From contig NZ_CP130886.1 in assembly GCF_030622045.1 (NCBI RefSeq), positions 1,313,557 through 1,377,556 on the forward strand: DNA of 64,000 bases. The letters run 5' to 3'. The DNA comes from Planctellipticum variicoloris. Its GTDB lineage: Bacteria > Planctomycetota > Planctomycetia > Planctomycetales > Planctomycetaceae. The position numbers and the translations under genes are program-made. The notes under the pieces are model-generated. The model saw only the letters and a list, made by a program, of their open reading frames with translations. It ran no database searches and was not told the DNA's origin. This document shows, piece after piece, positions 36,601 through 43,412 of the stretch (position 1 is the stretch's first letter; the number at the start of each line of letters is the position of its first letter).

Positions 36601-36908
36601 GGCGTCATGCCTATATCGTGCAAGTAAGATGACAGAAGTAGGAGAGCAATCTCAAACGTCGACAGCGCGTGTAGGCTTTCTTCCGGAACAAGTTGAGCCA
36701 TTTTTTCTGCGACGCGGAACGCATGCTCGTCGTTGTGAAGGGTGAAATCCGATGGCGAAGTCCCAGCCGACCGTAACACCGTCTCAATGCCAGGCAACGT
36801 CAGCGTTAGCCAAGCGGTGATCCCAGCGGTTTCGGGTTCTCGTCTGAGTCGATCATCGCGGCTTAGCTCGTTGAACAAACGAGTTGCATTCCAGAGATTC
36901 TGAGGCAT
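33630..36908 (-). CDS. Large (1092 aa) low-GC protein: N-terminal HD-like phosphohydrolase module plus a central MORC/Hsp90-type GHKL ATPase (HATPase_c_3-like), with an uncharacterised C-terminal roughly 500 aa
   Basis: HD-like: DEHAFRVAEKM...SYLHDIGMTP...CRSHHYGY...RIADVLEVD. Bergerat fold: N-box ELLQNAIDA, G1 CADSGAGMS, G2 GKFGIGVLS, G3 TIETRR..GTGW. GC is about 53% against about 66% in the flanks. Confidence 0.8.
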   Translation of the reverse strand: MPQNLWNATRLFNELSRDDRLRREPETAGITAWLTLTLPGIETVLRSAGTSPSDFTLHNDEHAFRVAEKMAQLVPEESLHALSTFEIALLLLSSYLHDIGMTPHQGRVHALTVSALGGPAQPDHAPDVEDFQRWMRASPEFANATGLSPTIPDPASLARVRRAIAHYCRSKHNDWSQEWIASSLELPPEPSPLYAGFSEDLIELCRSHHYGYERLVERCFSPKVIRERIVHLRFLACILRIADVLEVDPERTPEVILTHRDIDPSSIPYWYKDHDFSVELDDYNVRLIAHPRRAYIHRAIVDTADQIEEELRLCQRLSTEIPFESIPYREGRGEAYAWKLSPFLQRSITPAPGHYEYIDGAFRPNTDKVLQLLGSQELYSEPLCAVRELLQNAIDAVRERVAYDWLALPQQTDEAFSLIQSLASVTLELTVVGGDVCLVCADSGAGMSKRIISKHLLVSGASERPDVTELERACNRHGRRLGRTGKFGIGVLSYFLLANSVTIETRRHSGAGDDDGTGWRFTTGGVGDFGELVRLNRSDSGTKVVLALRSNVCADPVAFWRSLRTYVTGTLTRVPCRFVLKCSLPESSDTLEIAPGWARTSESLTPIAGNDRLESFGREQREREAFIDPVAARRMAESQMRQEATIASVRDAIRWQIGEEVRLDRIGTARIHVPYFQLPGGTSPVYMETSGDAVQPQVRQIEAFRLGKSPTIGLAVGGDLLLSWRGMSVVARVVESESRVAVLVYGFDRGCTIEIDLEEESIGRLALSREWIQLSPEVDRWALLRLVAKHVNAVRSRVVELCAGSQFASISYSIAHRVDFPDAELYWIRSVGTSGDGNRVFSWEKTQFPFTKNNRVWSGDSADVCLQTEAGLLRSYCALHVVVVDGNTGWNLFVPIRPTRILAYDAGESGAVIVPVWDSGVARFDCKCSRWSRLSFPDAWSDWVGLLSTDSQFVWNERHSFVGKCNWEASALAESAHVSAVKKADVVETIDKCRDPEFAHLLMFDIVAHRDIGRWNGIVEGEVRLAESMWQAVGAMPEIRFVQQNIDENGGVSNTLFMFRRDGGIKEEPFVIPVPGSQWIVTQVQSVRRAEE

Positions 36909-37507
36909 GTATCGAGTCCGATTTCAGACGTCGCGGTATAGGTCGGTGAACATCTAATTGAGGGCGACCCCAAGTTAAGCGATAGGCTGATCGAGTACCA
37001 CACGCCGGCGGGCAGCCCCGGTTGGACGTCTGCGTCCTACCGGGGTGGCAACGCCACAGGAGGTTGGTTCTGCCGTTGTGCCGCGAGGAAACAAGAGAGG
37101 CCGACCGACGGTGCTGCGGTGGTCGGCGAAGTGGACCGGGACATCTGCCGTCAACCTCCTGTCGCTGTGCGACACAGGTCGATCGCGGACGACCAGCCTG
37201 TGTCCCCCGGACGACACCGACCGACCGCAGTCGGCCCGCCTGGGACCCCCGGAGAGCGTGACGGAATGCATGCGATCGGGACTCCGACGGTGTGTCGCCA
37301 CTCGGACCAGCGGGCGGACCGGCCCCACCCGGCGGGCCGGGGCGTTCAGCCCCCACGTGTGTTCCTGAGAAGTACCACACGGTTGTGCAGAGTGCAATGG
37401 CTCGGATCGGGCTTCGGGATTCGGGCTTCGGGCTTCGCAGAGAAGAGTTACGACGTGCGGGGCTGGGGTGGTGGGGGATGCAGTTCGCCCAACTCCCTCT
37501 TCACCCT

Positions 37508-37534
37508 CTTAGCCCCCCTCCAATGGAGGGGGGC
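37508..37534. repeat. REP-like GC palindrome, copy 1: CTTAGCCCCCCTCCAATGGAGGGGGGC
   Basis: 10-bp arms CCCCCCTCCA/TGGAGGGGGG. Copies at 37943..37969 (inverted) and 38587..38613 (direct). Confidence 0.7.
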
Positions 37535-37535
37535 C

Positions 37536-37715
37536 GATTGCGCACCGGGGGGCCGATCCACCAACCGGGGTCCGATCGTGCAGCGGGTCCGTTCGCGCAA
37601 GGGGGCTGATCGCACGCTGTGACCGGTGAATCATGCACGGATCGGTGCACCAGGAGAGTGACCGATCCACCCCCACGGGGGACCGATCGCGCCGGGCGGA
37701 CCGAATGCGCGAAGG
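37536..37715. repeat. About ten tandem degenerate 17-18-bp repeats, roughly GGnCCGATCnCnCAC
   Basis: Consecutive units ggggccgattgcgcaccg / gggggccgatccaccaac / cggggtccgatcgtgcag / ... / gggcggaccgaatgcgcg. No spacers and no coding frame. Confidence 0.6.
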
Positions 37716-37789
37716 CGTTCCGAGGGCTGGCGTCCGTCAGCGGGCTTCCTTGGTGATGAGGCGTGCGTTTGACGTGCGAGACGCCCTCC

Positions 37790-37960
37790 GTGTTGTGGCC
37801 TCGCGTGCGTTGTCAGGCCCCCCTCCGTAATCGGGCCTCTTTCAATGATCGGGCCCCTTTCCCACGCGTTGCACCCCTCCGTAAATCGGCCCCCCTTCGT
37901 GATGCCGCCTCGCGTGCGTCATTAGGCCTCCCTCCGTAATCGGCCCCCCTCCACTGGAGG
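37790..37960. repeat. Tandem duplication, roughly 2 x 55-105 bp, containing the motif CCTCCGTAATCGG three times
   Basis: cctcgcgtgcgtTGTCAGGCCcccctccgtaatcgg... is repeated as cctcgcgtgcgtCATTAGGCCtccctccgtaatcgg... Confidence 0.5.
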
Positions 37961-37969
37961 GGGGCTAAG
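37943..37969. repeat. REP-like GC palindrome, copy 2, inverted orientation (...GGGGGGCTAAG)
   Basis: GCCCCCCTCCACTGGAGGGGGGCTAAG. Together with copy 3 it flanks the RAYT-like gene as an inverted pair. Confidence 0.7.
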
Positions 37970-38077
37970 ACAAGACAAAAAGAAAAAAATCTGGGATTCC
38001 TGGTGACAGAGACGTGGACGGACGATACGTTATGCATCGCAATACACAAGCGTCCATGTTTCGCGCGGAGTTCTGCC

Positions 38078-38566
38078 ATGCGGGAGGTTCATGGGGTCAT
38101 GGTGACCATGACGACGTATGGGACCTGGCTGCGGGGGGATCCGCGCGGGTGGGTCGATGACGGGATCACCTACCCCGCCGATCCCGAGCTGGAGAGGGCG
38201 GACCGGGAGCGGTTGAAGTATCCCGTCTATCGCTTCGATCTGAGCCGGTGGCACGAGATCGGCGGGATGCTCGGGCGGTCGCTCATCGACCGGCTGCAGC
38301 AGCGCGTGCTGGCGCTGACCGTGCAGACGTGGCACGTCCACTTCGTCGTCGGGCCGTCGCGGTGGGAGGTGCCGTGGGTCGTGAAGTGCGCCAAGGAAGC
38401 GGTCCGCTACGGACTCCGTCCGGGTCGCCCGATCTGGACGATCAAATACGACAAGCGGTTCTGCTTCTCGGCGGCGTCGCTGGCGACGCGGATTGCGTAT
38501 GTCGAGCGGCATAACACGGAACGGGGGTGGCCCGCGAAACCGTGGGATTTTATTGAGTTGCCGTGA
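38078..38566 (+). CDS. IS200-like / REP-associated tyrosine transposase (RAYT-like, Y1 HUH)
   Basis: VMVTMTTYGTWLRGDPRGW N-terminal motif. HuH motif TWHVHFVVG. C-terminal Tyr region IAYVERHNTERGW is spaced like E. coli RayT DYIYINPVKHGW. Flanked by inverted REP-like palindromes. Confidence 0.6.
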   Translation: MREVHGVMVTMTTYGTWLRGDPRGWVDDGITYPADPELERADRERLKYPVYRFDLSRWHEIGGMLGRSLIDRLQQRVLALTVQTWHVHFVVGPSRWEVPWVVKCAKEAVRYGLRPGRPIWTIKYDKRFCFSAASLATRIAYVERHNTERGWPAKPWDFIELP

Positions 38567-38586
38567 GGCGCAACCGCGCCTCCTCT

Positions 38587-38613
38587 CTTAGCCCCCCTCC
38601 AGTGGAGGGGGGC
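38587..38613. repeat. REP-like GC palindrome, copy 3: CTTAGCCCCCCTCCAGTGGAGGGGGGC
   Basis: Immediately downstream of the RAYT-like stop. Confidence 0.7.
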
Positions 38614-38800
38614 CGACTGGCGGAGGGAGGCTGATCCTGTTTGTCGACGTCATTGCGGGCGGAAAAAAACGGCCCCCGGCGTGTTTGCGAAACGAAGAAA
38701 AAACGGCCCCCGGCGGATCGACGGGGGCTAAGAGGGGGGGATTTCGAGGGGGGCCTGGCGGGCGGGTTATTTCTTGCCGTGACCGTGACCGTGACCGCCC
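38602..38800. repeat. About 170-200-bp direct repeat, copy 1. Includes the 3' end of the secreted-protein gene and an internal 16-bp duplication AAAACGGCCCCCGGCG.
   Basis: GTGGAGGGGGGC...GGCTGATC..TTGTCGACG..GCGGGCGG.AAA.AAACGGCCCCCGG..GGATCGACGGGGGCTAAGA.GGG...TTTCTTGCCGTGACCG aligns to 39996..40166 at about 80% with indels. Confidence 0.65.
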
Positions 38801-39789
38801 GAGATCGACACGGCATCGCTGCCGAAGATCAGGCCGCCGTTCTGCAGCAGGGCCTGGAGCTCCAGCGAGGTGGAGGACGGGTCGATGGCGCCCAGGTCCT
38901 GGAGATCGAGGAGGCTGAAGGTCAGCAGCAGATCCCGGTGGCCGTCGCGGTTCACGTCCCGGTAGCGGAAGGCCGTCGGCGGGGCCTTCAGGCCGGTCCC
39001 GGTGTCGGGATCGGTGAGGAGCGGGTCACCCAGGGCGATCGTGTCGGTGTCGACGTCGTGAACGTTGAACTCGGCGGAGCCGAACAGAGCGACTTGCAGC
39101 GGTTTGGGTTTTCGGGAGCTGAGGCTGACCCGATTGTCGGCGCTCGACGGGTCGACATCGATGGCGACTTCCTGCGGCGGCGGTACGACGGTCAGCGAGG
39201 AGAGACTGCCCTGGACGAAGACTCGACCGCCGTAGGGGACGCCGTCCACGGTGACCGACTGCTGGAAGTCGAGGACGAAGACCATGTTGTCGGTGGGGAA
39301 GTCGGCGGCCGAGGACGGGAGGTCGAGCGACCGGGTCTGGGGCGTGGCGTCTTCGAAGCGGATGGTGAAGTAGGGATTGCTGGCGTTCGCCACGCTCCAG
39401 CCGGCCGGCAGCGAGATCGGCTGGGTGGAGATGGCGACCCCGGTGTAACTGAAGTTGGCTTCCTGCGACACGACGATGGCGGCCCCCGGGCCGGCGGAGT
39501 CGAACTGGTGGCCGTTGACGGCGATCGATGCGTCCGTGGAGAGGAGGTTGGTGTAGCGTTTGAAACCGGTTCCGCCGTTGGTCAGCGGGGTGTCGGTGTC
39601 ATACGTGTATGTGCCGACCAGCGGGCTGCCGGCGGGGATGGGAGTGAAGTCGATGGTCGGCAACCCCACGGCGTTGGCGTCGACGACGGACTCGATGACG
39701 CCCTCGAACTGGAGTGTGATGACTTCGGCCCGGGCAGGGCCGGCGGAAAGGGCAAGGCACAAGGCGAACGGGCCCGCGAAACGGATCAT
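38767..39789 (-). CDS. Secreted hypothetical protein with a C-terminal GHGHGHGKK tail
   Basis: Signal peptide MIRFAGPFALCLALSAGPARA. Thr/Ser/Asp-rich mature protein with a DVNRDGHRD calcium-binding-like loop. Its 3' end lies inside direct-repeat copy 1. Confidence 0.6.
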   Translation of the reverse strand: MIRFAGPFALCLALSAGPARAEVITLQFEGVIESVVDANAVGLPTIDFTPIPAGSPLVGTYTYDTDTPLTNGGTGFKRYTNLLSTDASIAVNGHQFDSAGPGAAIVVSQEANFSYTGVAISTQPISLPAGWSVANASNPYFTIRFEDATPQTRSLDLPSSAADFPTDNMVFVLDFQQSVTVDGVPYGGRVFVQGSLSSLTVVPPPQEVAIDVDPSSADNRVSLSSRKPKPLQVALFGSAEFNVHDVDTDTIALGDPLLTDPDTGTGLKAPPTAFRYRDVNRDGHRDLLLTFSLLDLQDLGAIDPSSTSLELQALLQNGGLIFGSDAVSISGGHGHGHGKK

Positions 39790-39995
39790 GGGGACGTCTC
39801 CGACCAGAGATGTGACTCACGAGAGGTGTGACAAGGACGCCCGAGAATACCAGTGGCCGGAGCCGAGTCAAGAACTCTCCGAGGCGGGGGGGCAGACGTG
39901 GTTGAATTCCCGGCCGGGGAAGCCACCGCCTGGCGCGGTGGATGTGGAGGCCGCAAATCGGCCAGCCGGAGCGTGCCCGACTCCTGCCCTCTGCG

Positions 39996-40166
39996 GTGGA
40001 GGGGGGCTGGATGATGGAAGGGGGCTGATCGTGGTTGTCGACGGTATAGCGGGCGGGAAAGAAAACGGCCCCCGGTGGATCGACGGGGGCTAAGAAGGGC
40101 GGGTTTCGGGGGGGGGGGGGCGTGGAAGACGGGTTCTTTCTTGCCGTGACCGCCCGGTCGAATCGT
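39996..40166. repeat. About 170-bp direct repeat, copy 2, abutting tRNA-Leu. Carries an out-of-context partial copy of the gene 3' end.
   Basis: See copy 1. Contains ttctttcttgccgtgaccgcccgg, a diverged copy of the last codons of the 38767..39789 gene with no ORF attached. Confidence 0.65.
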
Positions 40167-40190
40167 CGTAAGTCCTTTATTGCGAGAGGG

Positions 40191-40272
40191 GGGAGTCGAA
40201 CCCCCACGCCTTGCGGCACAAGATCCTAAATCTAGCGCGTCTGCCAGTTTCGCCACTCTCGCGTTGCGGAAA
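40191..40272 (-). tRNA. tRNA-Leu (anticodon TAG)
   Basis: An 82-nt cloverleaf on the minus strand. Acceptor GCGAGAG/CTCTCGC, anticodon stem CTAGA/TCTTG with one T-T mismatch, loop TTTAGGA (anticodon TAG), 13-nt variable arm TGCCGCAAGGCGT, T arm GGGGG-TTCGACT-CCCCC, discriminator A. Confidence 0.7.
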
Positions 40273-40368
40273 TTGTAGTCGGCCGGGCGGGGGAATGCTG
40301 CGCCGGCCGATGGCAGACACATTTCGTCGGCGGAGGTGCGGCGGAAAGTGGCGATTTCGCCGGATGTT

Positions 40369-41013
40369 TCAGGTCCAGCCGGCCTGGGACGGGGTGTCGC
40401 CGAGGATGGCGCGGAGCTTGCGCAAGGCTCGCAGATGCCGCATGCCGGCCGCCGCCGGGGACAGGTCGAGGGCCTGGGCGACTTCGGTATTGCCGAGCTG
40501 TTCGACGTGCCGCATGAGGATGATTTCGCGATCGTCTTCTTCGAGCTGCTCCAGGGCCAGCAGGAAGCGTTCTTCCAGTTCCCGGCGAAGTGCGGCGGCG
40601 GCGGGGGTGAGCTCGGCGTCGGGCAGGAGGCCCGCCAGATTGATCGACGACTGGCCGCCGGCGCCCGGGACCGACATTCCCTGTTCCCGATCGACGCTGC
40701 GGCGCTGGGCGCCGCGGTGCCGACGGTGCATGTCGATAATCCGGTCCTTGGCGAGCTGCCGGAGCCACAGGTGAAACGGCAGGCGGGGATCGCGGAGGTA
40801 GTCGGCCAGGCGGGTGTTGGCTTCGACCAGCACGTCCTGCACGATATCGCTGGCGTCGACCCGGCGGGCCAGCGCGCGATCGAGTCGGAGATGGACCGCC
40901 CGGCGCAGCGAGTTCCGATGACGTTCCAGCAACTGATTGACCGCGCCGGCGTCACCGCCGCCGGCGTTGTTCAGGAGCTGCAGCGTTTCGTCGGAGTTGG
41001 GCCAGAGGGGCAT
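40369..41013 (-). CDS. ECF (sigma-24 type) RNA polymerase sigma factor
   Basis: Region 2 DASDIVQDVLVEANTRLADY and region 4 DREIILMRHVEQLGNTEVAQALDLSPAAAGMRHLRALRKLR. Confidence 0.8.
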   Translation of the reverse strand: MPLWPNSDETLQLLNNAGGGDAGAVNQLLERHRNSLRRAVHLRLDRALARRVDASDIVQDVLVEANTRLADYLRDPRLPFHLWLRQLAKDRIIDMHRRHRGAQRRSVDREQGMSVPGAGGQSSINLAGLLPDAELTPAAAALRRELEERFLLALEQLEEDDREIILMRHVEQLGNTEVAQALDLSPAAAGMRHLRALRKLRAILGDTPSQAGWT

Positions 41014-41059
41014 CGCGCGACGTTTCGAAACCTAGTTGACTGCGGAGGGGGAAGGACGA

Positions 41060-41467
41060 CTAGGTGACGCTCGATTCCCGTTCACCGGCGGCCTGGATTT
41101 CGGGAAGGGGATAGTCGCTGACGGGCAGGCTCTGGCCGTGCAGCTCCTGGAGTCGTCGCCAGCCACGGGTGATCAGATCTTCCAGGCGAGACACCTCGGC
41201 GGGGTCGAGGTTCTGCTTGGCGAAGGGACCCTCCATCGGAACGGGGGGAAATCCCGGGTCGACGATGAACTGGGCGTGAAAGGGATTGCAGGCGAGGTGT
41301 CGTTCTGGGGCGGCGAGCAGGTCGCGGACGGGGACTTCGCCGATGACATACCGCAGGTAGAGATCACTCTGGGTAATGTTGTCGACTTCTTCGCCGCAGA
41401 CTTCGCACAGATATCCCTGGTCGCATTTGGCCATCGCGGTGTTCCCTTCGTGAACTGTGAACATCAT
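41060..41467 (-). CDS. Hypothetical protein with a Cys cluster (possible zinc-binding regulator of the ECF module)
   Basis: Start chosen at the internal MM (41467). MMFTVHEGNTAMAKCDQGYLCEVCGEEVDNI. Lies directly upstream of the ECF sigma gene in the same orientation. Confidence 0.4.
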   Translation of the reverse strand: MMFTVHEGNTAMAKCDQGYLCEVCGEEVDNITQSDLYLRYVIGEVPVRDLLAAPERHLACNPFHAQFIVDPGFPPVPMEGPFAKQNLDPAEVSRLEDLITRGWRRLQELHGQSLPVSDYPLPEIQAAGERESSVT

Positions 41468-41734
41468 ACGCAACTCGGGGAGCGGTCGCGAAGGGGACGG
41501 CGAAGATCTCGTGGGGGATGTGGCGTATCGGACGGGGGGCGGCTTCGCGTGGGACGCTGCCGCGATGAAGTGCCCGAGCGCTCCCGCGGCCGAGACGTTT
41601 TGGGATCGAACGCATCGAGACGGATGGATGCTGTAAGACTGCTGGCCGCCGGGCGATCGGCAGCGAGCCTCAGCGAACAAGGGCTTCCGGAATCCGGAAG
41701 CCCTTGTCGATTGATGTTTGAAGGTCGCGATTGT

Positions 41735-42580
41735 TCAGCGCGCGGATGAAGTGCGGAGTGCGACGGGCTGCGACTCTTCGGCCGGGCGGTCCTTGGCGAT
41801 GTCTTTCGCCGTTTCCACCAGCGACTGCGCGTTGCGGACGTCGGCGGGCGAGAACATGCGAGTGACGACTCCTGGCAGCCGCTGTTCGGAGAGTTGAGCG
41901 ATCTGGGACCATGAGAGTCCGTTCGCCAGGTGCCAGGCGGCGGCCTGAACCGCGTCGCGGTCGGCTCGGTCGTTGATTCCCGCCAGGAGTTCCTGGAGCG
42001 CGGGGTCGCTGACCTGGTCTTCGAGGCGTACCAGCTTGTATTTCATGGCGGGGGTTGGATCGGGGCGACCGTAGCTGAGGCAGACGCTGTTCAACTGGAG
42101 CTGCACGGTCTTGCCGGGTGGAATCGAAAAGAAACCGTTGCCGGCGGGATTGAGGCCGTTTGCGCCGTTCTGGAGCCCCGGAAACCCCTGATTGCCGCCC
42201 ATGGGGGACAGGGTTCCACCGGTGTTCTGTCCCAGTCCGCCTCCGCCGGCCTGATTGTTTCCGAGTCCGTTCGCCTGTCCGAAGCCATTCTGGTTTCCCA
42301 GCCCCTGCAATTGTCCGAATTGCGGGAGAATGTGGACGCCGATGACGGCTTTCGGAACAGCGACTGTGAGCGATTCCGGGGAGCGATTGGTGACGAAGAC
42401 GAGCCCGGATTTCGGGTTCTGAGCCACCATTCTCAGGCCGAGCTTTCCGTCGTGTTCGCCCTGGAACAGGTCGACGACGGGCGCTTCGGGATCGAGCGAA
42501 AGCTGGCGAATGGCTCCCGTGTTGCCCGCGGTGAGCGAGACGGCGAGCAGGGCGATCAAAGCGGACCAGCGGCGTGACAT
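41735..42580 (-). CDS. Secreted Gly/Asn/Gln-rich hypothetical protein
   Basis: Start at the internal ATG at 42580 (MSRRWSALIALLAVSLTAGNTGA, a signal peptide). Low-complexity GLGNQNGFGQANGLGNNQAGGGG segment. Confidence 0.55.
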   Translation of the reverse strand: MSRRWSALIALLAVSLTAGNTGAIRQLSLDPEAPVVDLFQGEHDGKLGLRMVAQNPKSGLVFVTNRSPESLTVAVPKAVIGVHILPQFGQLQGLGNQNGFGQANGLGNNQAGGGGLGQNTGGTLSPMGGNQGFPGLQNGANGLNPAGNGFFSIPPGKTVQLQLNSVCLSYGRPDPTPAMKYKLVRLEDQVSDPALQELLAGINDRADRDAVQAAAWHLANGLSWSQIAQLSEQRLPGVVTRMFSPADVRNAQSLVETAKDIAKDRPAEESQPVALRTSSAR

Positions 42581-42894
42581 GGCCTGGCTCCCTGGAACGT
42601 GCGACGATGCCGGTGCAGAGTGTGCCGTCGGAAAATGAAAGCAGCACCGGCGCGGAGAGGCACCGGTGCTGCCAGACGAGGATCCTTCGATGGCCCGCAC
42701 CGGAGGGAGGTCCACTGACCCGGTGTCAAAGGCCCCGTCTCCCGGTATCGTAAACGTGAGACCTGAAGAGTCTCAACTCGGTTTTTTGCGACGGAGTTCG
42801 TTTTTTCGGACAATGCTGCCGCAGGGGCGCCGAGGGGATCCGCGATACGGAGCGGAGACATAGTAAATCTACTTACGGAAAGTCGGCGTCGACT

Positions 42895-43200
42895 ATGGCA
42901 GTGCGCGTAATCTCGATTGACCAGCCCGCGGCGCCGTCGTGCGCCATGCCCGATCGGTTCCGGCATGACGTCACTTATTTTGCAACGCCGGCCGGGGTGC
43001 AGGATGCGCCTGCCGAGCTGGGCGAACGGGAATACTGGATTCGGGCGGAGGAGGCTCGTCAGGCGTTTGACGACGGCGTGATCACGATTGTTTCCCCGCT
43101 CGACAGTTCGTATCGGACTGAAATCGAGATCTCCGAAGATCAGGAACGGTGGCTCGAATGGCTGCTGCAGCACAACGTCCAGCACGTGCGTCTCGTCTGA
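42895..43200 (+). CDS. Small hypothetical protein
   Basis: 101-aa ORF with balanced composition. No motif. Confidence 0.35.
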   Translation: MAVRVISIDQPAAPSCAMPDRFRHDVTYFATPAGVQDAPAELGEREYWIRAEEARQAFDDGVITIVSPLDSSYRTEIEISEDQERWLEWLLQHNVQHVRLV

Positions 43201-43412
43201 TCGCCTGAGCGAGGCGCTGCGGTCCCTGTTTGCCGATGTTCTGCCGTCAGATCGGCGGCGTCTCCGGTCCGGAGATTGGCGTTTTTTTTCCCTGCGAGAT
43301 TCCGTTAGTATCGAACGACAACTCTCGTCCGAATCATCACTTGCGCGCCCCGGTTCCGGGGGCTCTGCGCGGCCAGTTCCCAACATCCTGATTCACAACA
43401 TGATGGTGCGTC

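Noticed and set aside
37536-37715. Possible CRISPR array suggested by the regular 17-18-bp repeats
   Set aside because: The units are contiguous and degenerate, with no unique spacers between them. There are no cas genes in the window, and the repeat length is too short for a CRISPR repeat.
40211-41067. Overlapping ORFs of 187-243 aa on both strands across the ECF sigma gene
   Set aside because: Their translations are Arg/Pro/Gly-rich. One of them embeds the tRNA-Leu sequence. The ECF sigma factor (40369..41013, -) is the only frame with recognisable motifs.
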